DNA of 64,000 nucleotides from an uncultured Bdellovibrionales bacterium (GCA_937927435.1 CALBDW010000166.1:416-64415); one strand, 5' to 3'. Positions 1-9,869 are shown, counted from the stretch's first letter. Program-made: numbers and translations. The notes: generated by a model not told the origin, from the letters alone.

Positions 1-1
1 T

Positions 2-61
2 TTTGAAGATCCATCGGGCAACTTTCTCGAAGTCCTGACCAAGCCTTACGGCAGCCAGTAA
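2..61 (+). CDS. 3' end of a gene cut by the window edge; VOC/glyoxalase-like C-terminus
   Basis: Frame is open from nt 2 to TAA 59-61 (..FEDPSGNFLEVLTKPYGSQ*). The ending resembles the last strand of VOC-fold proteins, but only 19 codons are visible. A GCCTTAC(43-49)/GTAAGGC(58-64) hairpin spans the stop. Confidence 0.3.
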   Translation, partial: FEDPSGNFLEVLTKPYGSQ

Positions 62-252
62 GGCTGGTCAGTCGTTTGATGATTTCTCCTTCCCGCTTTC
101 AAACGCGAATTTTTCTTTTTCGCGCATTTGTCTCTAAGTCTTCGGAATTACGTTGATCGCGGGCAGCGCTCAATTTGCGCTGTATGAACGCCTTAACCGC
201 CCTCTGGGTTGCTTCCGGTCTTTGACTGGCGAGTCAATCTTCAGGAGGGATA

Positions 253-1311
253 ATGTTTACAGCCGCGCAGCTTGCGAAGAGACCTCTCTTTCTCTTAGTT
301 GTCGTTTTCTCGTTTTTCCTGATTCTTTTTCTTTCAGCTTGTCAAAATGGCCCGGCGGACGGCAGTGGCCCGATCGCAACGAAACCGGGAGTGGGCTCCG
401 GGCCAGGAGGCGCATGGGACGGAGGTTCGGGTGGTCCGGGTGGTGGCCCTGGGGACGGCTCTGACGGCGGCTATGATGACGATTATGACGGTGGTTCGAA
501 CCACTGCGCCGCTCTCTCGTCGTTCGATGTTCAAGCGACGTCCGAAAGCGTGCAAATTCCGAATGGGCCGAAAGTCGCCGTCTGGGTTCCCTCAGGTGTT
601 TCACATGCGAGCAGTTGTAGTTTCCCGCTTCTTCTCTTCAGTCACGGTCTCGGCAGTTGCGGGACGTCTTATTCGGGGCTCACGCAAGCCTTCGCGAATG
701 CGGGATTCATCGTCGTCGCTCCCGATCACGCCGATTGCAAAACGGGTATCGACTTGGGGCAGATCCTCACGAATCCCGATTCATGGACGGATGCGAACTA
801 TGCCAATCGGCGAGACGACATGAGAAAGGCCTTGGACTGGGCGACGTCTCAGGCTTGGTTTGCAAGCGCCGTCGACACGAGTCGCATCGGCGCCATGGGC
901 CATTCGTTGGGCGGTTACACGAGCCTGGGTTTGGCCGGAGCGTGGCCGAGTTGGTATGATCCGCGGATTAAGGCGGTCTTGGCGATGGCTCCTCACGTCG
1001 CGCCTTACCTTGCGGACCGTGAGATCGCAAATGTGCGGGTTCCCATCATGTTCCAAGGAGCGACGGGTGACTTTCTCATCACGCCGTTTTTAACGGGTTC
1101 GAACGGTGGGTTCGCGTTGGCGACGGCGGAAAAATACCTCGTGATGTTGAACGGGGGAAGTCATTCGAGTTGGGCTACTTCCAGTGGAACGGAAGCCCAA
1201 CTCATCCGCGATTATGGTATCGCTTTTTTCAGAAAGCATCTTTTGGGCGAGAATCCGGCGCGCTTAAAAAGCAAAGATCCCGCGCTCAGTGATTACCAAT
1301 ACGTGCCTTAG
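253..1311 (+). CDS. Lipoprotein alpha/beta-hydrolase, PAF-acetylhydrolase/lipase-like serine esterase
   Basis: ATG 253 follows AGGAGGG. Signal peptide with lipobox LSAC, then a Gly/Asp-rich linker. FSHGLGS..YSGL..GFIVVAPDH and the nucleophile elbow GHSLGG match the PAF-AH/bacterial lipase family. Confidence 0.8.
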   Translation: MFTAAQLAKRPLFLLVVVFSFFLILFLSACQNGPADGSGPIATKPGVGSGPGGAWDGGSGGPGGGPGDGSDGGYDDDYDGGSNHCAALSSFDVQATSESVQIPNGPKVAVWVPSGVSHASSCSFPLLLFSHGLGSCGTSYSGLTQAFANAGFIVVAPDHADCKTGIDLGQILTNPDSWTDANYANRRDDMRKALDWATSQAWFASAVDTSRIGAMGHSLGGYTSLGLAGAWPSWYDPRIKAVLAMAPHVAPYLADREIANVRVPIMFQGATGDFLITPFLTGSNGGFALATAEKYLVMLNGGSHSSWATSSGTEAQLIRDYGIAFFRKHLLGENPARLKSKDPALSDYQYVP

Positions 1312-2258
1312 TAGGCGCTGGCTTGAGTCAGGAGGTCCTGGGCCTCCTGGCTGAGGTCGATCTGCGTCGCCCTGATCAAATCGTTCAGTTGTTCGATCGA
1401 GGTCGCGCTTGCGATCGCCGCTGTGATAACGGGGCGGCTCATGAGCCATGCGAGTGCGACCGATGCCGGTTTCACCGAGTACTCGGCGGCGACCTTATCC
1501 AAAGCGTCGAGAATGCGCAGACCCCGTTCATTTAAATATTTCGACATTCTGCCGCCGCGGGGGCTTTTGGCGAAATCGATCGTGCTCCGGTATTTTCCGG
1601 TGAGAAATCCGGAGGCCAGGCTGTAATAGGGAGTCACCCCAAGTTTGAACTCTTCGCAGACCGGCTGCAGCGTGGTTTCGAATTGCTCACGGTCATACAT
1701 ATTATATTCCGGCTGTAGTGACTGGTATGCGGGTAGGTTGAGCTTTCGGCTCGTCTCTAGCGCCTGCCGAAGTTCTTCTCCGCTGTAGTTGGAGGCTCCG
1801 CAAGCTCGGACTTTTCCTTGCTCAATGAGCTGAGCGTAGGCCTCCGTTGTTTCCTCGATCGGGGTCGAAGGGTCGGGCGTGTGCGAAATGTAGAGATCGA
1901 TGTAATCGGTTTGCAATCGCCGCAGGGAGTCTTCGACGGATCTCAGAATGTATTTTTTCGAGAGGCCTTTCCGATCCGGCCCCATTTCCATTCCGACTTT
2001 CGTAGCGATGATCACTTTGTCGCGGTTATTCCTTTGCTTCATCCATTTGCCGATGATGGTTTCTGACTCGCCGCCGCTATTTCCGGAAATCCAGCGTGAA
2101 TAAACATCGGCCGTGTCGATGAAGTTACCGCCCGCGGCCGTGAAGGCATCCAGGAGCCGGAAGGAAGTCGCCTCGTCCGCGGTCCAACCGAAGACATTGC
2201 CGCCGAAGCAGAGAACGGAAACGGAAAGTTGCGATTGTCCGAGCGTCTTCTTGCGCAT
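1308..2258 (-). CDS. Aldo/keto reductase (Tas/YajO-like)
   Basis: MRKKTLGQSQLSVSVLCFGGNVFGW..GGNFIDTADVYS.. is the AKR N-terminal signature, with full-length similarity in pattern. I prefer the internal ATG at 2258 over the ORF-track start at 2303. Confidence 0.9.
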   Translation of the reverse strand: MRKKTLGQSQLSVSVLCFGGNVFGWTADEATSFRLLDAFTAAGGNFIDTADVYSRWISGNSGGESETIIGKWMKQRNNRDKVIIATKVGMEMGPDRKGLSKKYILRSVEDSLRRLQTDYIDLYISHTPDPSTPIEETTEAYAQLIEQGKVRACGASNYSGEELRQALETSRKLNLPAYQSLQPEYNMYDREQFETTLQPVCEEFKLGVTPYYSLASGFLTGKYRSTIDFAKSPRGGRMSKYLNERGLRILDALDKVAAEYSVKPASVALAWLMSRPVITAAIASATSIEQLNDLIRATQIDLSQEAQDLLTQASAY

Positions 2259-2349
2259 GTTCCCGGTGGTACCACTCGGGTAGTACGCGGAGTCAAGACG
2301 CAAGGGGCGGAAAGTTGCGCGGAGGAAATTTTAAGGAAAATATAAAGTC

Positions 2350-3897
2350 ATGACCGGCCTAGAAGTGACGTCAGGTGAACGATTGGTGCGTCTGCGTAAG
2401 CAGCTCGGCCTCAGCCAACGGGAGATGGCTTATGAGCTCGGTGTCACTCCTGGGGCCATCGCGATGTGGGAATTGGGCAAAAGACCGATGCCTCCCGCCA
2501 TTGAGAAAATCATCGAAATTTACGAAGAAGCCATTGATGAAGAGTTGGCCTTAAAGAACCACGAAGCCGTTATCCGCACTATTTGCTCGGGATGGGCCCG
2601 GCGTTTAGCGACCTTGTTCGGCAAAGGAGCGCAAGACAAAGAGCGGAATACGATCCGGTCCAAACTGGAGAAATTGCTTGTCGATGTTTCGAAAGCGACG
2701 TTTTCCTCCGACCGGATTAAGAGGAATGTTCAAATCGCCTTTGCGAACCGGATTGTGAACGCGGCTTCACAAACAAAAGGGCTTCCGATGAAGGTCGTAC
2801 AGCTCATGACCTATATGAGGCCCGACCTCGATCCGCAAGTCCGGCAAGCACTCGAAGAAATATACAATCTTCAATATCCGCTCGCGCCGACGGTGGTCGC
2901 GAAAATCATCGCTGAGAGCCTGGGGGCGCCTCCCAATAAAGTTTTCGCCGAATGGTCGTCGCGTCCGTTTGCTACGGCAAGCATTGGGCAAGTGCATTTG
3001 GCCCGGCTCAAATCCGGCGAGCGGGTGGCGGTCAAAGTGCAGTATCCGGATATTCGCGCCTCGTTAAATAAAGACGCGGGGGCGCTTGAATTCGTCGGAG
3101 AACTGGCGGGTTTCCTGCGGCCTGAGTTCCGTTCGGTAATAAAAGATATCCGCAACGTTGTGCTGGCCGAGACGGATTACAAGAGGGAACTCGAGAACAT
3201 TGAAGCGTTCGGCGAACTTTTCGTTGATGAGCCGAACATTATCATCCCGAAGGTCTATGGCGAATACTCAAGCGATAACATCCTCACGATGGAATATATC
3301 GAAGGGCAGAGCCTGAAGGAGTTCAAAAACGCGAGCTATGAAGAGCGCAAGCTTGCGGCCGAGACCATCGCGAGATTTGTGACAAAATCTTCGTTTAGTT
3401 CGGGGCTCATCAACACGGACGCACATGCTGGAAACTTCATCTTCTGCGGGCGGGGGCGGGTCGGCTTTATTGATTTTGGACGAGTCGTGCGGGTCGATTT
3501 CAACGGATCGATGGCCCAGCGGGAGTTCATGAAGGCGGCTGTGAATAAGGACTACGCGGCCGCCAAAGCGATTGAGAAGCATCTTCCTTTCATTCCGGAA
3601 AACGGGAACTTCCCGTTTGACAGGTTTTGGGATTTCTTCGTCAAGCAGAACGAGCATTTCCATTCCTGGAATTTCCGTTTCACGCACGATTATGTGGCGG
3701 AAAATCTTCGGTCCGCGCGCGAGTTTTTCAAAACGGTCGACTTTAAGATGACGCTTGAGACGGTGTGGACGCTCACCGTTTCAGCCGGCACGTGGAGTAT
3801 ATTGTCCGATCTCGACGTGGAACTGGATTACGGGAAAATCACGTTGAGCACGCTCGCCCAACATAAGGACCAAATGAATGAACCTCGCGCGATTTGA
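2350..3897 (+). CDS. Fusion protein: N-terminal XRE-family HTH plus ABC1/UbiB-type atypical kinase domain
   Basis: HTH: LRKQLGLSQREMAYELGVTPGAIAMWELGKR. ABC1 motifs: ATASIGQVHLARLKSGERVAVKVQYPDI, DAHAGNFIF, IDFG. No obvious C-terminal TM helices. Confidence 0.8.
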   Translation: MTGLEVTSGERLVRLRKQLGLSQREMAYELGVTPGAIAMWELGKRPMPPAIEKIIEIYEEAIDEELALKNHEAVIRTICSGWARRLATLFGKGAQDKERNTIRSKLEKLLVDVSKATFSSDRIKRNVQIAFANRIVNAASQTKGLPMKVVQLMTYMRPDLDPQVRQALEEIYNLQYPLAPTVVAKIIAESLGAPPNKVFAEWSSRPFATASIGQVHLARLKSGERVAVKVQYPDIRASLNKDAGALEFVGELAGFLRPEFRSVIKDIRNVVLAETDYKRELENIEAFGELFVDEPNIIIPKVYGEYSSDNILTMEYIEGQSLKEFKNASYEERKLAAETIARFVTKSSFSSGLINTDAHAGNFIFCGRGRVGFIDFGRVVRVDFNGSMAQREFMKAAVNKDYAAAKAIEKHLPFIPENGNFPFDRFWDFFVKQNEHFHSWNFRFTHDYVAENLRSAREFFKTVDFKMTLETVWTLTVSAGTWSILSDLDVELDYGKITLSTLAQHKDQMNEPRAI

Positions 3898-4525
3898 GGA
3901 ATTGTTTCTTGAGAAAGTCCGCGCGGTCGCGGCGGTCGGCGATCCCGCCCACGATTTATTACATTTCAAGCGCGTCGTTCGTATGGCGAAGTTTCTTTGC
4001 GAGAAAGAAGGGGCAAGGCCGGAGGTCGTCATACCAGCGGCGTGGCTTCACGACCTCGTCATAGTGCCGAAAGATGATCAGCGCCGAGAAGAAGCGTCAC
4101 ATCTTTCTGCTCGAGAGGCGGTTCTGTTTCTGAAATCTATCGGTTATCCGGGCGAGTATCTCGAAGAGATCGCGCACGCGATTGAAGCGCATAGCTTCAG
4201 CGCGGGGATCGAAGCGAGAACGCTGGAGGCGAAAATCGTGCAAGACGCCGATCGTTTGGATGCGTTGGGCGCAATCGGTATCGCGAGATGCTTTGCGACT
4301 GCGGGCTTACTGAAGCGATCGTTTTATTCTGAAATCGATCCGTTCTGCGATGAGCGCGAGGCGGATGACTCGCGTTTCACGCTCGATCATTTCTTCCTTA
4401 AGCTTTGCAAGATCGCTGGAACATTAAAAACCGAGTCCGGCCGCCGCGAGGGAAAAAAGAGGCTCGAGGCGATGAAGATTTATCTTTCGCACTTGCGCGA
4501 AGAGATCGGCTCAGTCGTGCCGTAA
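3878..4525 (+). CDS. HD-domain metal-dependent phosphohydrolase (YedJ-like)
   Basis: H..HD (AAWLHDLV), HSFSAG and QDADRLDALGAIGIARCF motifs. ATG 3878 lies 20 nt inside the upstream kinase gene, with AAGGA 8 nt upstream. Confidence 0.85.
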   Translation: MNLARFEELFLEKVRAVAAVGDPAHDLLHFKRVVRMAKFLCEKEGARPEVVIPAAWLHDLVIVPKDDQRREEASHLSAREAVLFLKSIGYPGEYLEEIAHAIEAHSFSAGIEARTLEAKIVQDADRLDALGAIGIARCFATAGLLKRSFYSEIDPFCDEREADDSRFTLDHFFLKLCKIAGTLKTESGRREGKKRLEAMKIYLSHLREEIGSVVP

Positions 4526-6481
4526 AGCCTGGATCGGGTTTAGACTTGCGGCCCGGCGCGCCGGATAAATACCGAAGATCATGCCGATCGAACCTGAGAA
4601 GAAAAAGGCGAGCAGGATCGAGCTCAGTTCAAGACTCGTCGCCCAACCGAGAAAATAGGAGACCGCGAGAGTTGCGATCCAGCCGAGGAAAATGCCAGTT
4701 AGGCCGCCGGCCAAAGTCATGAGCACCGACTCGGTCATGAACTGAAGAAGAATGTCTCGGGGGCGGGCGCCGATTGCTTTGCGGAGACCGATTTCGCGCG
4801 TCCGTTCCGTGACCGAAACGAGCATGATGTTCATAATGCCGATCCCTCCGACCAGAAGCGAGATCGCGGCAATTGCGGCCAGAAGAGATGACATCGTTCG
4901 GCTGCTTGAAGAGAGAGCTTCTTGAAGCTCCGCCATATTGCGGATTTGAAACGCCTCGTCCGCGCGTGTGGGAGGAATGCGGTAACGGGCGAGCATAAAG
5001 TTCGTGATGTCTCTTTCCGCCTGTTTTAGATTCGTGCCTGGCATGATTTCCATTTCAATGGAGTCGACGTAGTCCCTGCCGAAGAGTCTTCGCATCGCGG
5101 TCTGAACAGGCACGATGATCGTGTCATCCTGGTCGCGAGGGCCCGCCATTCCTTTTGAAGGCAGAACGCCGATCACGAGGAAATTGAGCTTGTTGATCTT
5201 GAGCATTTCTCCGATTGGATTTTGGTCGCCGAAGAGTTCTTTCACGATTGTTGTGCCGATGAGAGCGGCCATCGCGCGTCCTCTATTTTCGGTCTCGGAG
5301 AAAAAGCGTCCTTGGGTCGGTGTGAGAGAGCGAAGTTCCATGTAAGAGGGTTCCGCTCCAGTGACTTGAGTGTTCCAGTTTTTGTTCCGGTACTGCACTT
5401 GGGCGCGGCCGGAAAGAACCGCCGATGCGCTCTTTATAATCGGGAAATTTTCAGTGAGCGCCTGGCTGTCTTCCGCCTTCAGGCGTGTAGCGCCCGATTC
5501 CTGCCGTACTCCGCCTACACGTGCGGCGCCCGGTCGCAGAATTAAGAGATTCGATCCAAGCGAAGAAAGCTGCCGTTCGATTTCCTTCTGAGCGCCGCTT
5601 CCGATCGCTAGCATCGTGATCACGGCTCCGACGCCGATTAGGACGCCCAAGACCGATAGCGACGTACGGATCCAGTTCACGGAAAGGGTGCGAAGGCCCT
5701 GTTTGATAAGGCCCGCCGCCATCGGAAGATACGAGCGGAACGACGCATCTTCCGTCTTGTCTTCTTGAGGCGGAAGCTTGCGAGCCGTGATGGGTGCCAG
5801 TCGCTCGTCGGAATAAATTTTCCCGTCGCGCATGCGGATACGGCGCTTGGCCTGGTTTCCGATCTCGTCTTCGTGCGTGACCATAACGATCGTGATGCCT
5901 TGCTCGTTGAGTTCTTTGAGGATCGCGATGATTTCCTTTTCGCTTGCCGAATCGAGATTACCGGTCGGTTCGTCGGCGAAAATGATCTGCGGCTTGTTCA
6001 CGAGCGCGCGCGCGATCGCGACTCTTTGTTGTTGGCCGCCGGAAAGCTCGTTGGTTTTGTGCATTTTCCTTTGGCCGAGTCCGACCTGATCCAGAAGCTG
6101 ACTCGCGTATTCGCAGCTTCCGCCCGGAGACGAATAAAAAAGCGGAAGGGCCACGTTGTCGAGCGCTGTCGTGCGCGGCAAGAGATGGAATTGTTGAAAA
6201 ACGAAACCGATTGTTTTGCGTCGGAGAAGCGCGAGTTCGCTTTCGCTGAGTCGTGAGACATCGCGGCCGTTGAGCTGGTACGAGCCTGTATCAGGCGTGT
6301 CGAGAAGGCCTAAGACGTTCATGAGAGTGGATTTGCCAGAGCCTGAAGGTCCCATGATGGCGACGAAGTCGCCTGCCTCGATTTCGAGCGAGACGTTTTG
6401 CAAGGCACGAACTTCGTTATCGCCCATGCGGTAGATTTTCGAGATGTTTTCGACCTTAAGCACGAAAATGAACCCCCTCAA
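4511..6481 (-). CDS. macB: MacB-type ABC transporter (fused ATPase plus FtsX-like permease)
   Basis: Walker [10 protein letters not shown], signature [15 protein letters not shown], Walker [14 protein letters not shown]-terminal periplasmic domain plus 4-TM FtsX-type permease. Start is TTG 6481 or GTG 6463 ([11 protein letters not shown]). Confidence 0.9.
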   Translation of the reverse strand: MRGFIFVLKVENISKIYRMGDNEVRALQNVSLEIEAGDFVAIMGPSGSGKSTLMNVLGLLDTPDTGSYQLNGRDVSRLSESELALLRRKTIGFVFQQFHLLPRTTALDNVALPLFYSSPGGSCEYASQLLDQVGLGQRKMHKTNELSGGQQQRVAIARALVNKPQIIFADEPTGNLDSASEKEIIAILKELNEQGITIVMVTHEDEIGNQAKRRIRMRDGKIYSDERLAPITARKLPPQEDKTEDASFRSYLPMAAGLIKQGLRTLSVNWIRTSLSVLGVLIGVGAVITMLAIGSGAQKEIERQLSSLGSNLLILRPGAARVGGVRQESGATRLKAEDSQALTENFPIIKSASAVLSGRAQVQYRNKNWNTQVTGAEPSYMELRSLTPTQGRFFSETENRGRAMAALIGTTIVKELFGDQNPIGEMLKINKLNFLVIGVLPSKGMAGPRDQDDTIIVPVQTAMRRLFGRDYVDSIEMEIMPGTNLKQAERDITNFMLARYRIPPTRADEAFQIRNMAELQEALSSSSRTMSSLLAAIAAISLLVGGIGIMNIMLVSVTERTREIGLRKAIGARPRDILLQFMTESVLMTLAGGLTGIFLGWIATLAVSYFLGWATSLELSSILLAFFFSGSIGMIFGIYPARRAASLNPIQALRHD

Positions 6482-6484
6482 GTT

Positions 6485-7444
6485 TTAACGCCGCCGCGGG
6501 CTCGGCGGTCCGAACGGGTTCGTCCTTCTTGCGTCACGTTCCGTGCCTTGCGTGACGACCTGGCGGATGAAAACGGTGTCGCCTTCATTCAGGCCGCTTA
6601 TGATTTCGGTGTTTTTGCCGTCACTTAGGCCCGTTGTCACAGCGACTCTCTGGGGGCGCTCGCCTGTCGAGATTTGTTTTAAGACGAATGTTTCGCCGCC
6701 TTCGACTCTCACGGCTTCCGATGGGACGATCAGAGTCTCGACGCTCGATGCGATCTCGAATTGGACGTTTGCCGTCATCCCGCTACGCATGAAGTCGGGT
6801 TCCTCATCGGGGATGGTTTTCACGATGTATGTCGTGACGTTGTTCACCTTGGTAGATTCGTAAGCGATGGAGCCCACTTTCGCCGGAATCTTTTCATCGG
6901 GATAAGCGTCAAGAACAATCTCGGCGCGTTGACCAATTTTAATCCTGGCGAGGTCGGTTTCATCGACTTGGGCTTCGACAATGAGGCGGTCCGAAATGAC
7001 GAGAATCGAGTCGGAAACGGCGAAGGTTTGCCCTGGCTCGATCTGTCTTTGGATGATCATGCCGTCAACGGGTGCCAAGATCGGAGTCGCGCGGTAGAGG
7101 TTCTCCCATTTTTTCAGTTCTTCAGGGCCGCGGGCGCGTGCGGCGTCTAAGAGCGCGGCCCGTTCGGTCGAACTCATTAGGACGAGCGTTTGTCCGCGTC
7201 GGACGCGATCACCCTCCTTGACGAGGACGGACTCCGCGCGGCCGGCGATCGGCGGTTTCACCTCGACGCGGTTTTCGGGATTCACGGTTCCTGTGCTGAG
7301 AACGGTCGTGACAACCGATCCGCGCTTCACTTGAACGGGAATGAATCGGACCGAGTCGTTGCCGGAGCTACGAAAATAAAAATAGGCGAAAACGGCACAG
7401 GCGACGGCGACGACAAGTGCGATGACGGTGGTTTTCTTTTTCAC
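6485..7444 (-). CDS. macA: MacA-like periplasmic adaptor (HlyD/MFP family)
   Basis: N-terminal TM anchor, then lipoyl/beta-barrel MFP pattern. The start overlaps the upstream stop (7441-7444), and the gene lies 3 nt upstream of macB. Confidence 0.85.
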   Translation of the reverse strand: MKKKTTVIALVVAVACAVFAYFYFRSSGNDSVRFIPVQVKRGSVVTTVLSTGTVNPENRVEVKPPIAGRAESVLVKEGDRVRRGQTLVLMSSTERAALLDAARARGPEELKKWENLYRATPILAPVDGMIIQRQIEPGQTFAVSDSILVISDRLIVEAQVDETDLARIKIGQRAEIVLDAYPDEKIPAKVGSIAYESTKVNNVTTYIVKTIPDEEPDFMRSGMTANVQFEIASSVETLIVPSEAVRVEGGETFVLKQISTGERPQRVAVTTGLSDGKNTEIISGLNEGDTVFIRQVVTQGTERDARRTNPFGPPSPRRR

Positions 7445-8712
7445 AGCTCATCCCCTTTGCCGATGAGGTAATTCCATTCGGCTTCCGCAATGATGCGATC
7501 ACGTTTGGCCTGAAGGGCAGCGCGCTCGCGGGTGATCAGGTCCGACTCGATGCGATCCCATTCGTCGAAGGCCACGAGCCCGAGTTCATATCTCTCTCGG
7601 GTGATATCGGCTCGGGCGCGGGCGGCTTGCAGGAATTCCTGGGCGAGCGCGACCCGTTTTTCGGATTCGAGATAGGCGCGGTGGGCTTCTTCGATTCGGA
7701 CGCGTAAATCGTGTTCGGTGGCGCGGCGATTGTAGGATTCCGCGTACGCCTCAGCCCGTGCTGCTTGCAGACGGTAATAGGTCGGTCCGTTGCCGAAGGG
7801 GATACTGAGACTCACGCCGACGGACCATCCGTCCGTTTGCGGCAGGAACTGGTCGCCGTATTTCCCGACATTGGCCGATAATCCGAGTGTCGGCAAAAGA
7901 TCGCCCTTCGCTGATGTGATGGCAGCTTTCTTTTGCTCTTCATTCGCCAGCGCGCGAAGGCGCTCGGGGCTCTTCTGAAGCAGATTTTCGTAGTCGACTT
8001 GGGTCGGTGGTGGAGAAACGGGAGGTTCGTCGTCCAGAACGATCGAGGTCGTCTCATCAAGTTCGAGAAGAGTCTTGAGTTCGGTGAGCGCGACCTTCGT
8101 CGCGTTCTGGGCTTGAAACTGTTCCATCCGCGCGTCTTCGAGGTTCGCTTTAGAGAGCATCAAAGCGCCGCGGTTTTCGCGCCCCCCTTCGTAACGAAGT
8201 TCGACGAGTTCGTAGTTTCGGCGGCGGCGTTCGATGATGGTTTTCGATAAATCGCTGAGACGTTGCCAGTAGAGGACGCCGGCGAACGAGGTTTTAAGAT
8301 TGCGGATCACCGTGAGTTTCGCGATTTGCAGGTTTGTCGTGCGGGATTCCTGTGCCGCTTTCGACTGGGCGAGATCTCCGAAGTACGAGAGATTAAAGAT
8401 GTTTTGATAGACTCCCAACGTTGTGGAGAAAGAGTTTTCGGTTCCGGTTCGTGAGCGGCTGCCGCCACTTTGATTCCACGAGGCTTCCGCCGTAAGCCGC
8501 GGAGCGAATTGCCATTGTGAGGACCTTAATCGTGAGGTGGAGGCGGCGAGATCCTCTTTGGCTGCCAAGACGCGCGGATTTTTGTCGAGAGCCCGCCGGA
8601 CGGCCTCGTTCCATGTCAGCTTCAATTCGGTTCCGTATGCGGCCGAGGGGGAACTGATAAGCAAGCTCAAGATAGCGATCTCAAGTCTGCGGGGCCTTAA
8701 TTTCATCGGCAT
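7441..8712 (-). CDS. TolC-family outer-membrane efflux protein (first gene of tolC-macA-macB operon)
   Basis: Signal peptide and two OEP-type repeats (LTWNEAVRRALDKNPRVLAAKEDLAAS..). Coupled to macA. Confidence 0.85.
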   Translation of the reverse strand: MPMKLRPRRLEIAILSLLISSPSAAYGTELKLTWNEAVRRALDKNPRVLAAKEDLAASTSRLRSSQWQFAPRLTAEASWNQSGGSRSRTGTENSFSTTLGVYQNIFNLSYFGDLAQSKAAQESRTTNLQIAKLTVIRNLKTSFAGVLYWQRLSDLSKTIIERRRRNYELVELRYEGGRENRGALMLSKANLEDARMEQFQAQNATKVALTELKTLLELDETTSIVLDDEPPVSPPPTQVDYENLLQKSPERLRALANEEQKKAAITSAKGDLLPTLGLSANVGKYGDQFLPQTDGWSVGVSLSIPFGNGPTYYRLQAARAEAYAESYNRRATEHDLRVRIEEAHRAYLESEKRVALAQEFLQAARARADITRERYELGLVAFDEWDRIESDLITRERAALQAKRDRIIAEAEWNYLIGKGDEL

Positions 8713-8803
8713 TTTCCTCTGTCAGACGTCAGGGTTTAACGTCCGGCAACCCGATGTATAAGTAAAGTACAACGTGACCGCGATGTCCAAGCACGAACTG
8801 GGG

Positions 8804-9250
8804 CTAGTTGTTGCTCTCTTTCTGTTCTTCTTGTAGGCGCTGCACATGGGCCTTGAGCATTTCGTTTTTCATGTGAAGGCCGTAGCCCATTCTTTGTGAG
8901 ATGAGGGTCCAGAGCCGGCATTGCTCCTCATTGAGCTTCTCTTGGAGGACGCCGTGAAAAAGGCTGAGCCAGCGCTCGAGGAGTTCGGCGTTAAATCCGG
9001 CGTAGAAATGTTTTAAGACGGGGTTGTATTGGTTGAACATATAGGGCTTCCCGCCGAACTTGATCCACCAGAAGTGAGTCAGGCGCTTGATGTGGTCGGG
9101 CCAGTCATGGACGGACTGAAACGGCACGCTGAGAAGCGGATCTTTTTGAACCCGGGCATAGAACGTGGCGACGACCGTGTGGATATCCTTGTGCGAAAAA
9201 ACGACCCCGTTGACCGTAACCGTTAGATTGTCGAGCTCGGAAGGGTTCAT
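8804..9250 (-). CDS. Truncated haemoglobin, group III (Ctb-like)
   Basis: FYARVQKDPLLSVPF...HIKRLTHFWWIKFGG...NPVLKHF...LLERWLSLF aligns by eye with Campylobacter Ctb-type trHb. Internal ATG 9250 (MNPSELD) is preferred to the ORF start at 9325. Confidence 0.7.
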   Translation of the reverse strand: MNPSELDNLTVTVNGVVFSHKDIHTVVATFYARVQKDPLLSVPFQSVHDWPDHIKRLTHFWWIKFGGKPYMFNQYNPVLKHFYAGFNAELLERWLSLFHGVLQEKLNEEQCRLWTLISQRMGYGLHMKNEMLKAHVQRLQEEQKESNN

Positions 9251-9345
9251 GTCGACATGCCCGTCGTAAGTGGATTTGGCTCTGAAACTAACTCGCACAA
9301 TGCGACAATATGGCCAGGGAGTCAATTGGACGCCGGATATGATTC

Positions 9346-9355
9346 AATGCGCATT
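9346..9355. promoter_or_regulatory. Perfect 10-bp palindrome AATGCGCATT in the divergent trHb/CBS promoter region
   Basis: Seen directly at 9346-9355, inside the 164-bp intergenic region between divergent genes. Candidate operator; the regulator is unknown. Confidence 0.3.
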
Positions 9356-9414
9356 CATCGAGGGCTTTTTGACGCACTCGCCTGGATTTGATAGGACTAA
9401 GGAGGAGGTGCGCG

Positions 9415-9837
9415 ATGGAAAAATTCAGACTTCCGGTCGAAGAGTTTACGACCCCTGATCCCGTGACCGCTCCCGAAGACGCGTCGATCGACGAGCTCAG
9501 CGAGCTTATGGCGAAGCATGGTGTCCGTCACATTCCGATCGTGAAAGACGATCGCGTGGTCGGTGTTGTGAGCGACCGCGATCTCAAACTCGTCAAAGGC
9601 TTGGACCTTAAGGAAAAGATGCTCGTCAGTGCCGCCGATATCATGGCGCGCGATCCCGTCTCGGTTGAATCCTCGACACCTCTCGATGAGGTTGCGTTTG
9701 AAATGTCCAAACGCAAAATCGGAAGCGTGATTGTCAATGAAAACGGGAAATTGCTGGGGATTTTTACGGTCACGGACGCGTTGAATGCTTTGATTGAAAT
9801 CCTGCGCGCCATTCCTGTCGAGAGTGAAGAAGCGTAA
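9415..9837 (+). CDS. Stand-alone CBS-pair domain protein
   Basis: Two CBS repeats (HGVRHIPIVKDDRVVGVVSDRDL; KIGSVIVNENGKLLGIFTVTDAL). ATG 9415 follows AAGGAGGAGG. Confidence 0.85.
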   Translation: MEKFRLPVEEFTTPDPVTAPEDASIDELSELMAKHGVRHIPIVKDDRVVGVVSDRDLKLVKGLDLKEKMLVSAADIMARDPVSVESSTPLDEVAFEMSKRKIGSVIVNENGKLLGIFTVTDALNALIEILRAIPVESEEA

Positions 9838-9859
9838 AGGGTCCGCGACCCTTTACGCT
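9831..9859. terminator. Bidirectional hairpin between convergent genes
   Basis: A 13-bp perfect stem, AGCGTAAAGGGTC-cgc-GACCCTTTACGCT, includes the CBS stop codon. It lies 11 nt from the convergent methyltransferase stop. No long U-tract. Confidence 0.6.
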
Positions 9860-9869
9860 CTTACCGCGA

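Noticed and set aside
334-500. Gly/Asp-rich low-complexity stretch (GSGPGGAWDGGSGGPGGGPGDGSDGGYDDDYDGG) in the lipase gene, which looks repeat-like at the DNA level.
   Set aside because: It is an imperfect compositional repeat encoding a flexible lipoprotein tether. It is not a tandem DNA repeat, a CRISPR array or a mobile-element feature.
4511-4525. A 15-bp 3'-end overlap of the convergent HD and macB genes.
   Set aside because: Short convergent overlaps are common in compact genomes. There is no additional structure or motif to suggest a function.
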